From an uncultured Planctomycetota bacterium (lineage in GTDB: Bacteria; Planctomycetota; Planctomycetia; Isosphaerales; Isosphaeraceae): a DNA stretch of 64,000 nucleotides. Made by a program: the position numbers and the translations under genes. The stretch's first letter is position 1, and each line of letters starts with the position of its first letter. The notes below the pieces were generated by a model that saw only the letters and a program-made list of their open reading frames with translations, did no database searches and was not told where the DNA came from. Below, piece after piece: positions 33,369 to 43,136 of the stretch. The stretch is from contig CAWGMQ010000004.1 in the NCBI GenBank assembly GCA_963823665.1, positions 2,432,001 to 2,496,000 of the forward strand. The letters run 5' to 3'.

Positions 33369-33496
33369 ACTGCCGCTCGAGATCAATCGACCGAAACTGG
33401 GCCATTCCGGGCTCTAACAGGGACGATATTGCCCGGACTGGCCCCAGCGCACAGGGTCATGACGGTGGTTTACGAGCCCGCCGGAAGATCTGAACG

Positions 33497-35128
33497 TCAC
33501 CCGTTTGCTGCTCCAAGTCGAACCAGCGCTTGGTGATCGCCTCGAGCTCTGGATCGCTTTTCCAGAACAGGACCACATCGACCGACCTGGCGTGGCTGCT
33601 CAGGAGCTCTTCCCAATCGCGCGAGCCGGGCGGCTTTGACCGCTTTGTCGTTCGGGTCGTCGTGAATCGAGATCAACTCCAGCTTGCCGGAATCGGGCCG
33701 CTCGATCTCCGGGCGGAACTGCACCGGGAAGTAATAGTGCCGGGCTTCGTAGTTGTTCCAGACCACGTTCCCGGTATCGACACCGAGCCAGTTTTCGGCG
33801 TGGAGCAGCGGATTGGCGCGAAAGCGGCCTCTTGAGCTTACGAGTAACGTGATGATTCTCTGGTCCCGGCCGACGAGGTTGCCGGCGCGGATCAGCTTGC
33901 CGGCGGTGGCGTCGGAATAGAGTGCGTAGTCCCAGACAATCGCCGCCTGGAGCGTGACCGCGAGGGTGATTGCCGCGAACACACAGCGTCCTGGCCAGCG
34001 GGATAAGTCTGCGTCAAAAACCGGCACCAAAGCAATGAAGCCGAGGAGCAGCGCCCGCTGAGGGAGGAATTCTCCGTGGGCGGGGCCGAATGAGTCAGGG
34101 CCGACGATTCCTCCGAGTAGAAGCAAGGCGGCCAGAACCATCCAGCCCTGGCGGTCATCTACTGATTTCTGCGTTTGGATCGGTTCTTGAGCGGCTGGGG
34201 CATCCGCCCGGTGCCTTTGCCTGGGGGTTTCTCTGCCGGTCATTCGAGCGTACCACCAGAGCACGAGGGCCACGGAGAGCCAGACGGCGGGAGCGAAGAT
34301 CGCAAAGGCGCGGCTCACCCGGCTTGTGAACGGCAAGCCCTCCTTCACGGCGAGCGTTATGGGATCGACCCAGCCCAGGCGCGCACCCCACAGGTTTTCC
34401 CATACCGGCTGAATTGGCGCGCTGCGCGTGGCTGCTTGCAAATAGAGGTAGCCGAGGATGAGAAGCGGCGCGAAGCTGATGGATGTTCGCAACAAGCGGG
34501 CGGTCCGGTATCTCCAGGGTTGTGTGCAGCCGTCCTGCAGCGGGCCCGCTACTGCCAGAACGATCAATCCCACCACGGTGAGCCCCAGACTGACCAGGTG
34601 GCAGAAGTATCCCAGGCAGAGTAGAAGCGCCAGCACTCCCATTCGACCGAACGAAAGCCGGTAGCGGCCCTGCCACCAGACGCCGAGGGTGATCGGGAAC
34701 AGGCAGCTTCCGATCAAGAAGCTGGTGAAGCCCAGCAGCCACGCCATGTTCATGGCGAGCAACGCAGAGAAAAGCGCTGCCAGGACCAGGCCCTTGCTCC
34801 CGCAGACGCGCCACCGGAGCCAGAGTGTGGCTGCTGCGAGACCGGCCAAGGTGATAGTGGTCATGATGCGATCGGCGATCCATGCCGGAAACTGCGTGAG
34901 GAGCCCGGCGAGCAGCAGGTGCCCTGCCCAGTTCGGGATCGGCTTCCACGCGATGGTGTAGACCAACCGGGAAGGAGATTCGGGGTCAAACGACTGGGCG
35001 AGGACCTGGGCGTTGTAGACGTGCGCTGGCCCATCCTGGGTCACGAACCAGGGCACAGCCCAGATCGCCGATAAGGGAACCGCCAGCGCCAAGGCCAGTG
35101 CCAGGAACCCAGGACAGCTCGCACGCAT
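33497..35128 (-). CDS. Polytopic membrane protein (possibly GT-C-like); C-terminus frameshifted
   Basis: Many TM segments with an N-terminal TQDGPAHVYNA loop motif. Confidence 0.65.
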   Translation of the reverse strand: MRASCPGFLALALALAVPLSAIWAVPWFVTQDGPAHVYNAQVLAQSFDPESPSRLVYTIAWKPIPNWAGHLLLAGLLTQFPAWIADRIMTTITLAGLAAATLWLRWRVCGSKGLVLAALFSALLAMNMAWLLGFTSFLIGSCLFPITLGVWWQGRYRLSFGRMGVLALLLCLGYFCHLVSLGLTVVGLIVLAVAGPLQDGCTQPWRYRTARLLRTSISFAPLLILGYLYLQAATRSAPIQPVWENLWGARLGWVDPITLAVKEGLPFTSRVSRAFAIFAPAVWLSVALVLWWYARMTGRETPRQRHRADAPAAQEPIQTQKSVDDRQGWMVLAALLLLGGIVGPDSFGPAHGEFLPQRALLLGFIALVPVFDADLSRWPGRCVFAAITLAVTLQAAIVWDYALYSDATAGKLIRAGNLVGRDQRIITLLVSSRGRFRANPLLHAENWLGVDTGNVVWNNYEARHYYFPVQFRPEIERPDSGKLELISIHDDPNDKAVKAARLARLGRAPEQPRQVGRCGPVLEKRSRARGDHQALVRLGAANG

Positions 35129-35242
35129 TTCGCGACTATAATCCATGAGTTGTCGAAGGAGGAGACGTATTGCGTCCAATCAGTCCGGGGCGCATGCTAA
35201 AAACCGTGAATCCAACCGCCGCCTCTCGAATTGAAGCACATC

Positions 35243-35944
35243 ATGAGCAACCTCACGATCGAAGTTTGGGACGCCACCGGAAACAAAAAGCAGTTGGTCG
35301 AGCTGCCGGCCGACGCACCGGTCAACCGCGTTATCGCGGTTCTCGTCGAGAAGATGAACCTTCCGAGGTACAGCCCAGACGGACAGTTGATGAGTTATAA
35401 ATTCCACCACAAGGCCAGCGGACGGCAGTTGCTCGACGACCAGACGCTTGCGTCGGCAGATATTCACAACGGCGATGTGTTGCGACTGCAACCGGAAATC
35501 ACGGCAGGCGGTGAAGAAGAGTCTTCGAGAGAGTCGGCGGTCGAGTCGCCACAAGAAGTGAAGGCGTGCCCGTTCTGTGGAGAATGGATCCTGGCCGTTG
35601 CGCGGAAATGCCGCTACTGCGACGAGTATCTCGACCCCGAGCTGCGGCGATCGGCCAGATCTGCTCCCGATGGTCTGGACCGGTTTGTGATTCCGCAGGG
35701 CCGGCCGGCCTCTGCCATCGCGAGCGGGTATCTCGGGCTCTTGTCGCTTTTTCCGTTCATTGGGTTCCCACTCGGAATCGGGGCGCTGATCACGGGCGTG
35801 GTTGCGCTCAAGACGCTGCGTGAGAATCCTCACCTTATCGGCCGGGGAAGGGCCTGGTTCGGACTGATCGTGGGGACCATCGGCACACTCTTCAGTGCGT
35901 TCATGATCGTGGTCATGGTGATCGTCGGCGTCACGAAGCGCTGA
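35243..35944 (+). CDS. Ubiquitin-like (YukD/EsaB-like beta-grasp) domain ending ITAGG, fused to a double zinc ribbon and a DUF4190-like membrane domain
   Basis: 90-aa Ubl pattern (L.D.QTL....I..GDVLRL) with GG at 35507-35512, then CPFC..CRYC and AIASGYLG...GRGRAWFG TM region. Confidence 0.8.
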   Translation: MSNLTIEVWDATGNKKQLVELPADAPVNRVIAVLVEKMNLPRYSPDGQLMSYKFHHKASGRQLLDDQTLASADIHNGDVLRLQPEITAGGEEESSRESAVESPQEVKACPFCGEWILAVARKCRYCDEYLDPELRRSARSAPDGLDRFVIPQGRPASAIASGYLGLLSLFPFIGFPLGIGALITGVVALKTLRENPHLIGRGRAWFGLIVGTIGTLFSAFMIVVMVIVGVTKR

Positions 35945-36019
35945 GCGTGCTCGAAACGAATCCTGGACGAATACTCGGACAACGGGGCACAGTCCGGACC
36001 AGTCGGAAGGACAACGGCG

Positions 36020-37269
36020 TTGAGCGACGTGATCCGGTTGAGCGGCGATGTCCAGGGCGACCTTGACCGCTTCGCGAGGTTCCGGTTGATCAGTTGGTGG
36101 GACCAGGAGCGACTGGCCGCGGCCAAGGTGGTTGTGATCGGCGCGGGGCGCTGGGCAATGAGATCGTCAAGAACCTGGCTCTGCTGGGAGTAGGCCATGT
36201 TTTCGTGGCTGACCGCGATCGGATCGAGCACTCGAACCTATCGCGGTCGATCCTGTTCCGTGAATCGGACTGCGGCCGGCCGAAAGCCCAAGTGGCCGCG
36301 GAGCGGGCTGCAGAGGTTTACCCGTCGATCAAGGTACAGCCCTTTCTGGGAAACATAGTGCACGATCTGGGGGTTGGCATTTACCGCTGGGCCGATGTGA
36401 TTCTGGGAGGACTTGACAATCGCGAAGCCCGGGTCGCGATCAACCACGCGAGCGCCCGGGCGGGGAAGGTCTGGATCGACGGTGCGATCGAGCGTTTAGA
36501 TGGGGTCGCTCGCGTGTTTGACCCGGCGACCGGGCCTTGCTACGAGTGCACGATGGGTGTGAATGACTGGAAGATGCTCGAGGCCCGGCGAAGCTGTGCC
36601 CTGCTCTCTCGAGGGGAAATGGAGCAGGGCAAAGTGCCGACTACCCCCACCACCGCCTCGATTATTGCGGGCATCCAGGTGCAGGAAGCGGTCAAGTATT
36701 TGCACGGGCTCGAGACGATCTCAGGCCAGGGCTTCATTTTCGACGGGACATTTCATCAGAGCTACGTGGTGAGCTACACCCGCAAGGCCGACTGCCCGGC
36801 GCACGACGCCGATCAGCCGGTCGAGCCGCTTTCGCAGAAGGTTGCGTCGACCCGAGTAGGCGATTTGCTCGAGCGAGCGCGGTCGGATCTGGGGAGTGAA
36901 GCGATCATCGAACTGGGGCGGGACCTGCTCCGGTCGCTCCATTGCCCGGCTTGCCGTGAAGACGAGACCGTGTTTGCCTCCCTGGGAAAAATCACGGAAG
37001 CGCGCGGCCGCTGCCCGCGCTGCGGGGAGCCGCGAACTCCTTCCATGTTTCACTCGGTCGACGGCCGCGATTCCGATCTCCTGGAAAAGACCCTGGGCGA
37101 GATCGGCATTCCAGCGTGGGATGTTGTCCACGGCCGTGCCGGGATGGAGCAGCGATTCTACGAGTTTCAAGGCGATTCATCGCTTGTGCTGGGCGTTCTT
37201 GATCATCACCCTCGCTCGAAAGCGACGAGCGGTCCGGACCATCCCGCGATAACAGGTGCGACCTCATGA
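36020..37269 (+). CDS. E1-like ThiF/UBA-family activating enzyme; one-base frameshift in a G run near 36147
   Basis: DRFARFRLISWWDQERL..AKVVVIGAG joins ALGNEIVKNLALLG. Also D.D.IE.SNLSR, DNREAR, GPCYEC, a candidate catalytic Cys in RRSC (36595), CPAH and two further CxxC. Confidence 0.9.
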
Positions 37270-38454
37270 CGGACGAGCGTCCTCAGCCGGAAGAGCTCAC
37301 CGACGTTCGCGTGCTGGCACGCGAGAAACTAACGCATGAAGCATTTCCCGGCGGCCGCAATGAAGGCCTTCGGGTCTTCTTCACGCCGCGGGTGCACGAG
37401 GCGCTCTGGCAGCACGCCGTGTTGGACACGAGCGTCGAGATCTGCGGGGTTCTGGTGGGCACCTGGCATCGCGACGACGCGGGGCCGTTTGTGAAGATCG
37501 TGGAATCGATCCGTGGAGAGGGGGCGGAAACCCGGTTTGCCGAGGTGACGTTCACGCACCAGACCTGGGCCAAGATCAACGCCGAGATGGACACCAAGTT
37601 TTCCAAGCTATCGATCGTCGGCTGGTATCACACGCACCCGGACTTCGGGATTTTCCTGTCGGACCGCGATCGTTTCATCCACGAGCACTTTTTCTCCGGC
37701 CCCGGCCAGGTCGCGCATGTGATCGACCCGATCCGGAAAACCGAAGGGGTCTTCATCTGGCGTGGGGGCAAGCCGAGCCCATGCGAGCATTTCTGGGTCG
37801 GAGACCGAATTCTGGTCGAATCTCCGGGGGGATTTGAACAGTCAAGCGAACTGGAGGCCGGCGGGCGCTCGCATGCGGCGGCAATGCCTGGGCGGGTAGC
37901 CGCCCCGCCGCAGGGGGCAGCGCAGTGCGGCAGCGCCCTCGGGAACGATGCGCGAGTTGTTCCCGGGGCCCGGGCGGTTGATTGCGTACGCGATCGTCTT
38001 TATCCTGGGCTATCTTCTGGCTAGTATACTCTCGGCATGGGAACATCAACGCTTCGTGGAGAGTGTGCTGGCCAGCAACGGGTATATGGCCGTGCTCAGG
38101 CTAGGGCTCGCCGATGAGCTTGACGGGCTTCGCGGCGATCTGGCCGGGATGGTTCGTCCGCTCGAGGCACTGGGATCGAAGACCGACAAGCCGGAGGAGC
38201 AACTCGCCGAGATCCGTGCACAGGTCGTGACGGCACTGCGGCGGACGGATGCAATCAAAGCCCGGTATGGAAACACGTCGGCCGAGGACGACATGCTCAA
38301 ACGCATGCTCCGCGACCTCCGCGACCGCCTGATGGCCCAGCAGCAGCTTCGTTTGCCCGAGATCCCGAATCCAGAAACGTCGCCGCCAAAGGACCGGGCA
38401 AAAGACGACGGCAAAGCGGAGGCTTCCAAGGAAACCGCGACTCCCAAGTCCTGA
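37266..38454 (+). CDS. JAB/MPN+ metalloprotease with a probable C-terminal TM and helical tail; frameshift ~37880-37950
   Basis: EICGVLVG and GWYHTHPDFGIFLSDRD (JAMM motif). Overlapping ORF 37948-38454 supplies TM LIAYAIVFILGYLLASIL and a coiled-coil-like region. Confidence 0.85.
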
Positions 38455-38516
38455 CGAGCAGAACAGCGCCGGGAAACCTCCACTGTCTGAATGCACTGAC
38501 CTACAGGGTTTGGCTC

Positions 38517-39584
38517 ATGTCGACGTCGAGCTCGCGCGAACCGATTCGCCTCACGGCGGATGACCTATTCTCACCCAAGGTCGAAGCCTTCCTTGACGAG
38601 CAGGCTGCGCTCAACCGGGCGCTGCCGGAAACGTCGCCTCAGCCGTTCATTGTTCGGGTCTTGTACTCGAGCTATTTCTATCTGAGCCTGGCGAGTGGGC
38701 TGGGGGCTTTCCTGGGCTGGCTCGTTCTCGAGCCGTTCCTCGATGACAAGCACATGGGGTGGGCCGGGTTTCTTCTGTTTCCAACTGTTGCTGCCTCGAT
38801 CGGAATGTTCCTGGGCGCAGCGGAGGGAATCATGTGCCGCAACGCCCAGCGGGCGGCGATCTGTGCGGCGGTCGGTCTGGGTGTGGGGTTTGTGGGCGGC
38901 ATCGTGTCGGTTTTTCTTGCCACCATCATGTTCACGATCACGTCGGTGATCTCGCTGGCACTCTCAAAGAAACAGCCTCAACCAGGGGAGCTGCCGACGG
39001 GCATGGGATTCCTCGTCTTCATGATGGGGAGGGCCTCGGCGTGGGCGCTCGCAGCGGTTCCGGCCGGCATTGGCCAGGGGATCGCGCTACGTGAACCAAA
39101 GGTGCTGCTCAACGGTCTGCTCGGAGGCGTTCTGGGTGGCCTGCTCGGCGGGATGGCTTTCGACCCGATTTACTTGATGTTCACGTCAAAGGACGGTGAG
39201 GCCTCGCTCAGCCGGGGCATCGGGTTGACCCTGATCGGCCTGATGGTCGGGCTGTTTGTGGGGATGGTCGAGCAATGGACCAAGTCGGCGTGGCTGCTCA
39301 TGAAAGCAGGACCGCTCGCCGGTAAGCAATTCGTTCTGTTCCGCAACCCGACGGTTCTGGGCAGCGCACCCAAGGCGGATGTTTACCTTTTCAAGGACGG
39401 GGCCATCGAGCCGCGACACGCACTGATCCACGATCGCGGCGGCCGTTTCGAAATCGAGGACATGAACACGGCGGACGGAACGTATGTCAACGGCCTGCCG
39501 GTATCCAGGCAGATCCTCAAATCCGGCGATCAGATCGTGCTGGGCAAGACCGTACTCGAGTTTGCACTCAAGGAATCGCGCTAG
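38517..39584 (+). CDS. Polytopic membrane protein with C-terminal FHA domain
   Basis: Gly-rich TM repeats, then LG..P.AD..L....I..RHA, DMNTADGTYVNG and LKSGDQIVLG. Confidence 0.85.
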   Translation: MSTSSSREPIRLTADDLFSPKVEAFLDEQAALNRALPETSPQPFIVRVLYSSYFYLSLASGLGAFLGWLVLEPFLDDKHMGWAGFLLFPTVAASIGMFLGAAEGIMCRNAQRAAICAAVGLGVGFVGGIVSVFLATIMFTITSVISLALSKKQPQPGELPTGMGFLVFMMGRASAWALAAVPAGIGQGIALREPKVLLNGLLGGVLGGLLGGMAFDPIYLMFTSKDGEASLSRGIGLTLIGLMVGLFVGMVEQWTKSAWLLMKAGPLAGKQFVLFRNPTVLGSAPKADVYLFKDGAIEPRHALIHDRGGRFEIEDMNTADGTYVNGLPVSRQILKSGDQIVLGKTVLEFALKESR

Positions 39585-39605
39585 CGTTAATTGTGGAGGG
39601 TCTTA

Positions 39606-40183
39606 TGGCCATTTCCTTTCAGTGTCCTCAATGTGGGAAGAAGCTCAAGGCACCAGACAATGCCGCGGGCAAGTCGTCGAGCTGTCCGGGCTGCGGCAAT
39701 AAGGTGACGTGCCCGGAGCCGGTCTATGACGCCGAAGTCGTCGAGATGGAGATGGCGCCGGATAAACCGAAAGGGTTTGATCCATTCGCAGACATGGACG
39801 ACGACAAACCCTACAAGGTTGCCGGTACCCCACCGCCTACGGAGTCGGCTGATGACGGTCGCCGCCCCTGCCCGATGTGCGGTGAGATGATCGTCGCGAC
39901 GGCTGCCAAATGCCGGTACTGCGGCGAGGTGTTCGACCCGACCCTGAAGAAATCGAAGTCCAAGAAGAAGAAGAAAAGGCACAGTCCGGAAGATGAAGAA
40001 CTTTCTGGTAGCGAAATTGCCGTCGCCATACTTTGCTCAGGCATCGGCTGCATCGCCGGCATCGTCTGGATGATACAGGGAAAACCCAAGGGATTGAAGA
40101 TGGTCGGAATTTCGATCGGCATGGTCATCGTATGGAACATTATCAATGTGGTTATCCGATTTACGTTGTTGAACCAAAACTGA
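39606..40183 (+). CDS. Zinc-ribbon membrane protein
   Basis: CPQC..CPGC, CPMC..CRYC, a poly-Lys stretch and two TM segments. A ggagg RBS lies upstream. Confidence 0.8.
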
Positions 40184-40202
40184 GTGGGAGCGTCGTCGGC
40201 CG

Positions 40203-40928
40203 ATGCCTGCCATTGTTTCCTGTAACTGCGGTGCCCGAATCAAGGTGCCTGAAGGAGCGCGGCCGGATGCCATGCTTCGGTGCCCGCGCTGCAAGGCCGA
40301 GATTGTGCTGGCCGGCGAGGGCCGGATCGTCACCGCGAAACTGGCCGATCCCGCGACGATGGGAGGAATCTGCGCGGTATGTCAGTCGGCCGTGAGCCCT
40401 GGGGAGGCCGTGCTGGCTTGCCCCAGTTGCGACCAGTTGCATCATCGCGAGTGCTGGAACGAAGTGGGCGGGTGTGCAACGTACGGCTGCGAGAATGCGC
40501 CGGCAACGGAAAAAGCGGCCGCGTTCGAGGCACCACGGACTGCATGGGGTGAAACCAAGAAGTGCCCCGCCTGCGGCGAGACGATCAAATCGATTGCTCT
40601 GCGCTGCCGTTACTGCGGCACCGATTTCGACACGGTTGATCCCCTCACGCTCAAGGACCTTAAAAAGCAGGTTGTGGGCGAGGAACGGCTGCAGACGACA
40701 AAAACGCTGGTGATCCTGTTTTTCGTGCTCAGTGTGCTGGGCTGCCCAGCCCCGATCGTGGTGGTTGCCGCCTCCTGCTACGTGCTGCTCAAGCACAAGA
40801 CCGTTGCCAAGGCCGGGCCGGCCTATCTGGTCATGGGCTATTCCGCGATCGCGATCTCCGCTTTATATTCGATATTATTCTTGTTGTTCTTTATCGGCTC
40901 ACAGATGGGAACAGCTCGCGCCCCGTAG
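40203..40928 (+). CDS. Prokaryotic RING-finger (Prok-RING_1-like) membrane protein, candidate E3
   Basis: C-x2-C-x12-C-x2-C-x3-HH-x2-CW-x5-C-x4-C at 40371-40490, flanked by zinc ribbons, with C-terminal TMs. Confidence 0.8.
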   Translation: MPAIVSCNCGARIKVPEGARPDAMLRCPRCKAEIVLAGEGRIVTAKLADPATMGGICAVCQSAVSPGEAVLACPSCDQLHHRECWNEVGGCATYGCENAPATEKAAAFEAPRTAWGETKKCPACGETIKSIALRCRYCGTDFDTVDPLTLKDLKKQVVGEERLQTTKTLVILFFVLSVLGCPAPIVVVAASCYVLLKHKTVAKAGPAYLVMGYSAIAISALYSILFLLFFIGSQMGTARAP

Positions 40929-41013
40929 GCGACGGGCTCGAGCGACGGGCCAGGGGCATCAAATCGTTACAACCTTGCCCGAGCGGGAGCCAGACCGTAA
41001 GGAGATCATTCCG

Positions 41014-42387
41014 TTGGACGCGGCAGGCGCGAGGTCATTGATCGCTTGTCCACGCGAGGTGGGCGCGGAGTGCCCTCACTGCGCGGCCGACGTCGTGCTG
41101 GGCGACCCGATCATGGTCTGCCAGGCGTGTGGGACGGTTCACCATCGGGCATGCTGGCGGGTTCATGATCGGTGCGGGGCCTATGCATGCGCGCCCGGGC
41201 GGCGTGACTCACCCGAGCCACGGCACTCCGACGCGGTTTTGACGATCACCCAAGCCGAGATCGAGCGCGCGGTGCCGCTGGCTCCCGCGATTCGTCCCAT
41301 GTTCGGCGCCCAGAGTCCAGGTGGCGGGGCGTTTCCGCCCCCGGTGCCGACCCGCGCGGGCTGGAACGGCCTGGCGATTGCTTCGTTCATCTGTGCTCTC
41401 GCGGGCATTCCGCTTTTTGGACTCATCACCGGGATGGTCGCGGTTGTGCTGGCCGTCATTGCGCTCGGCGCGATCCGGGCCAGCTCACAGCGCGGGCTGG
41501 GGCTGGCGCTCGGAGGCCTGTTGCTCGGTTTGGTGGACGTGGTGGGGTGGATTGCGCTCATTGTGATGCTGCTGCCTGGGTTTTTTAGTCGCGAACTGCC
41601 GGCGGACCTGCACTTTTCGGAGGCACCGCCGGATCTTTCCGCGATCCGGGAGCTTGCGCCGCCGCTCCAGCGCGCGATGAGAGCCAATGTGCTGATCGAG
41701 CGGCACACCGGGATTGCCGCGCTGGGCGGTAAGGCTGTCGGCTCGGGAGTGATCTTGCAACTGAGCGACGGCGAAGCCCTGATCGTCACGAACCGGCATG
41801 TCGTCGATGACGAATTCCCTGCGTCGCACAACGATGCCGCTCAAGCCGACCATCTCACCCGGCTCGGCAAGATGTCGGTCACGTTGCTGGACCAGCCGAA
41901 ACTTGAAGGCCAAGTCGTCTGGCTTGCTCCCGGGCAAATCGACCTGGCGATGATCCGCGTTCGCTGCAGTCCGTCCGGTCAGGCGAGGGATGCTGCGTGG
42001 GAGCGAGGCCGGCCCATGAAGGTGGGGGAGACGGTTTTCGCGATCGGCAATCCCTATCAGCTCGGCTGGACGCACACGCAGGGTGTGATTTCACAGATGC
42101 GCTCCCAGGATTTCGACTTGCATCGCGTGCGGGTGATCCAGATGCAGGCGGCGATCAACCCCGGCAACAGCGGTGGGGGTCTTTACGACAGCGACGGCTA
42201 TTTGCTCGGCATCAATACGTGGACAGCCGACAAGAGCGTGAGTGAAGGAATCGGCTTTGCGATTGCGCTCGACAGCCTGCTCGAGCTGGCCCCGCCGCCG
42301 CTTGCGCCGCGGCCGGAGAAACCAACGGCGGCACCGGCGGAGAAAACCCCCTCCAAGACAGCTCACACCAAGAGAAGCGCGCCATGA
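41014..42387 (+). CDS. RING finger + DUF4190-like TM + trypsin-like (HtrA-type) serine protease fusion
   Basis: Same RING spacing at 41071-41190, GLAIASF TM block, catalytic triad motifs TNRHV / DLA / GNSGG. An aaggag RBS precedes TTG 41014. Confidence 0.85.
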   Translation: MDAAGARSLIACPREVGAECPHCAADVVLGDPIMVCQACGTVHHRACWRVHDRCGAYACAPGRRDSPEPRHSDAVLTITQAEIERAVPLAPAIRPMFGAQSPGGGAFPPPVPTRAGWNGLAIASFICALAGIPLFGLITGMVAVVLAVIALGAIRASSQRGLGLALGGLLLGLVDVVGWIALIVMLLPGFFSRELPADLHFSEAPPDLSAIRELAPPLQRAMRANVLIERHTGIAALGGKAVGSGVILQLSDGEALIVTNRHVVDDEFPASHNDAAQADHLTRLGKMSVTLLDQPKLEGQVVWLAPGQIDLAMIRVRCSPSGQARDAAWERGRPMKVGETVFAIGNPYQLGWTHTQGVISQMRSQDFDLHRVRVIQMQAAINPGNSGGGLYDSDGYLLGINTWTADKSVSEGIGFAIALDSLLELAPPPLAPRPEKPTAAPAEKTPSKTAHTKRSAP

Positions 42388-43136
42388 GCACGGTCCGCCT
42401 GCGACGGCTGCACGCCGATTACGAGAAGATCCAGGAATACATCAAGGGGCATCCAAGGCTCCAGTTGATTCAGGTCGATGGGTCGCCGCCGGAGCGCTAT
42501 CAACTCGAGTATCGGATTCGCGGATTGCGCCAGACGGCCGACGAGCTGTCGATCGTGAAGAGCCACATGGTGGAAGTTTCGCTGCCGGTTAGCTATCCGC
42601 GGCTGCCGCCGCAATGCCGGATGCTCACGCCGATCTTCCATCCTAACATAGCACCCCATGCGATCTGCATCGGCGACCACTGGAGCCCAGGAGAGCCGCT
42701 GTGGTCGATCGTGGCGCGAATCGGCGAGATGATCGCCTACCAGAGCTACAACACCAAGAGCCCCTTGAACGGCGAGGCCGCACGATGGGTCGACCAGCAT
42801 GTGGATGAGCTGCCACTCGACCCAGTAAGCATGATGCCCGACGACGCGATGGCCTCCAGTGCCGGCGCGCCAGCTTCACGGCCGGCGGCAGCCACTTCAG
42901 CGACAAATTCACCGCGGCCGTCTGCCCAGGTCAGGCCAACGCCGGGCGTGCCGCCAACCTCACGGCCGGTGGAAAGTCACACGCGACCAGAGGCCTCACC
43001 TCCGCCGGTGCCATCACCGGTCGGCAGTGAATTCGCCTGCCCGCAATGTGGGGCCTTATTGAAGTTGAAACCGGAGCTGGCCGGGAAGCAAGTGCGATGC
43101 CTTCGTTGCAAGACGGTGTTTCGGATTCCGCTCTGA
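42384..43136 (+). CDS. E2 ubiquitin-conjugating (UBC-fold) enzyme with C-terminal zinc ribbon
   Basis: RLRRLHADY, YPRLPP, TPIFHPNI....IC (Cys at 42666), WSP and SPLNGEAA, then a Pro-rich linker and CPQC..CLRC. Confidence 0.9.
   Translation: MSTVRLRRLHADYEKIQEYIKGHPRLQLIQVDGSPPERYQLEYRIRGLRQTADELSIVKSHMVEVSLPVSYPRLPPQCRMLTPIFHPNIAPHAICIGDHWSPGEPLWSIVARIGEMIAYQSYNTKSPLNGEAARWVDQHVDELPLDPVSMMPDDAMASSAGAPASRPAAATSATNSPRPSAQVRPTPGVPPTSRPVESHTRPEASPPPVPSPVGSEFACPQCGALLKLKPELAGKQVRCLRCKTVFRIPL

Noticed and set aside
35243..35512. Type VII secretion component (YukD/EsaB)
   Set aside because: No WXG100 or FtsK/EssC genes. The GG motif and E1/E2 context favour a conjugatable modifier.
36140..36155. 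Programmed frameshift or phase variation in the E1 gene
   Set aside because: The G run is short and similar indels occur throughout the window, so sequencing error is the simpler explanation.
36020..37269. ThiF/MoeB cofactor-biosynthesis gene
   Set aside because: No thi/moa/cys genes or rhodanese domain nearby; the neighbours are E2, RING and JAB.
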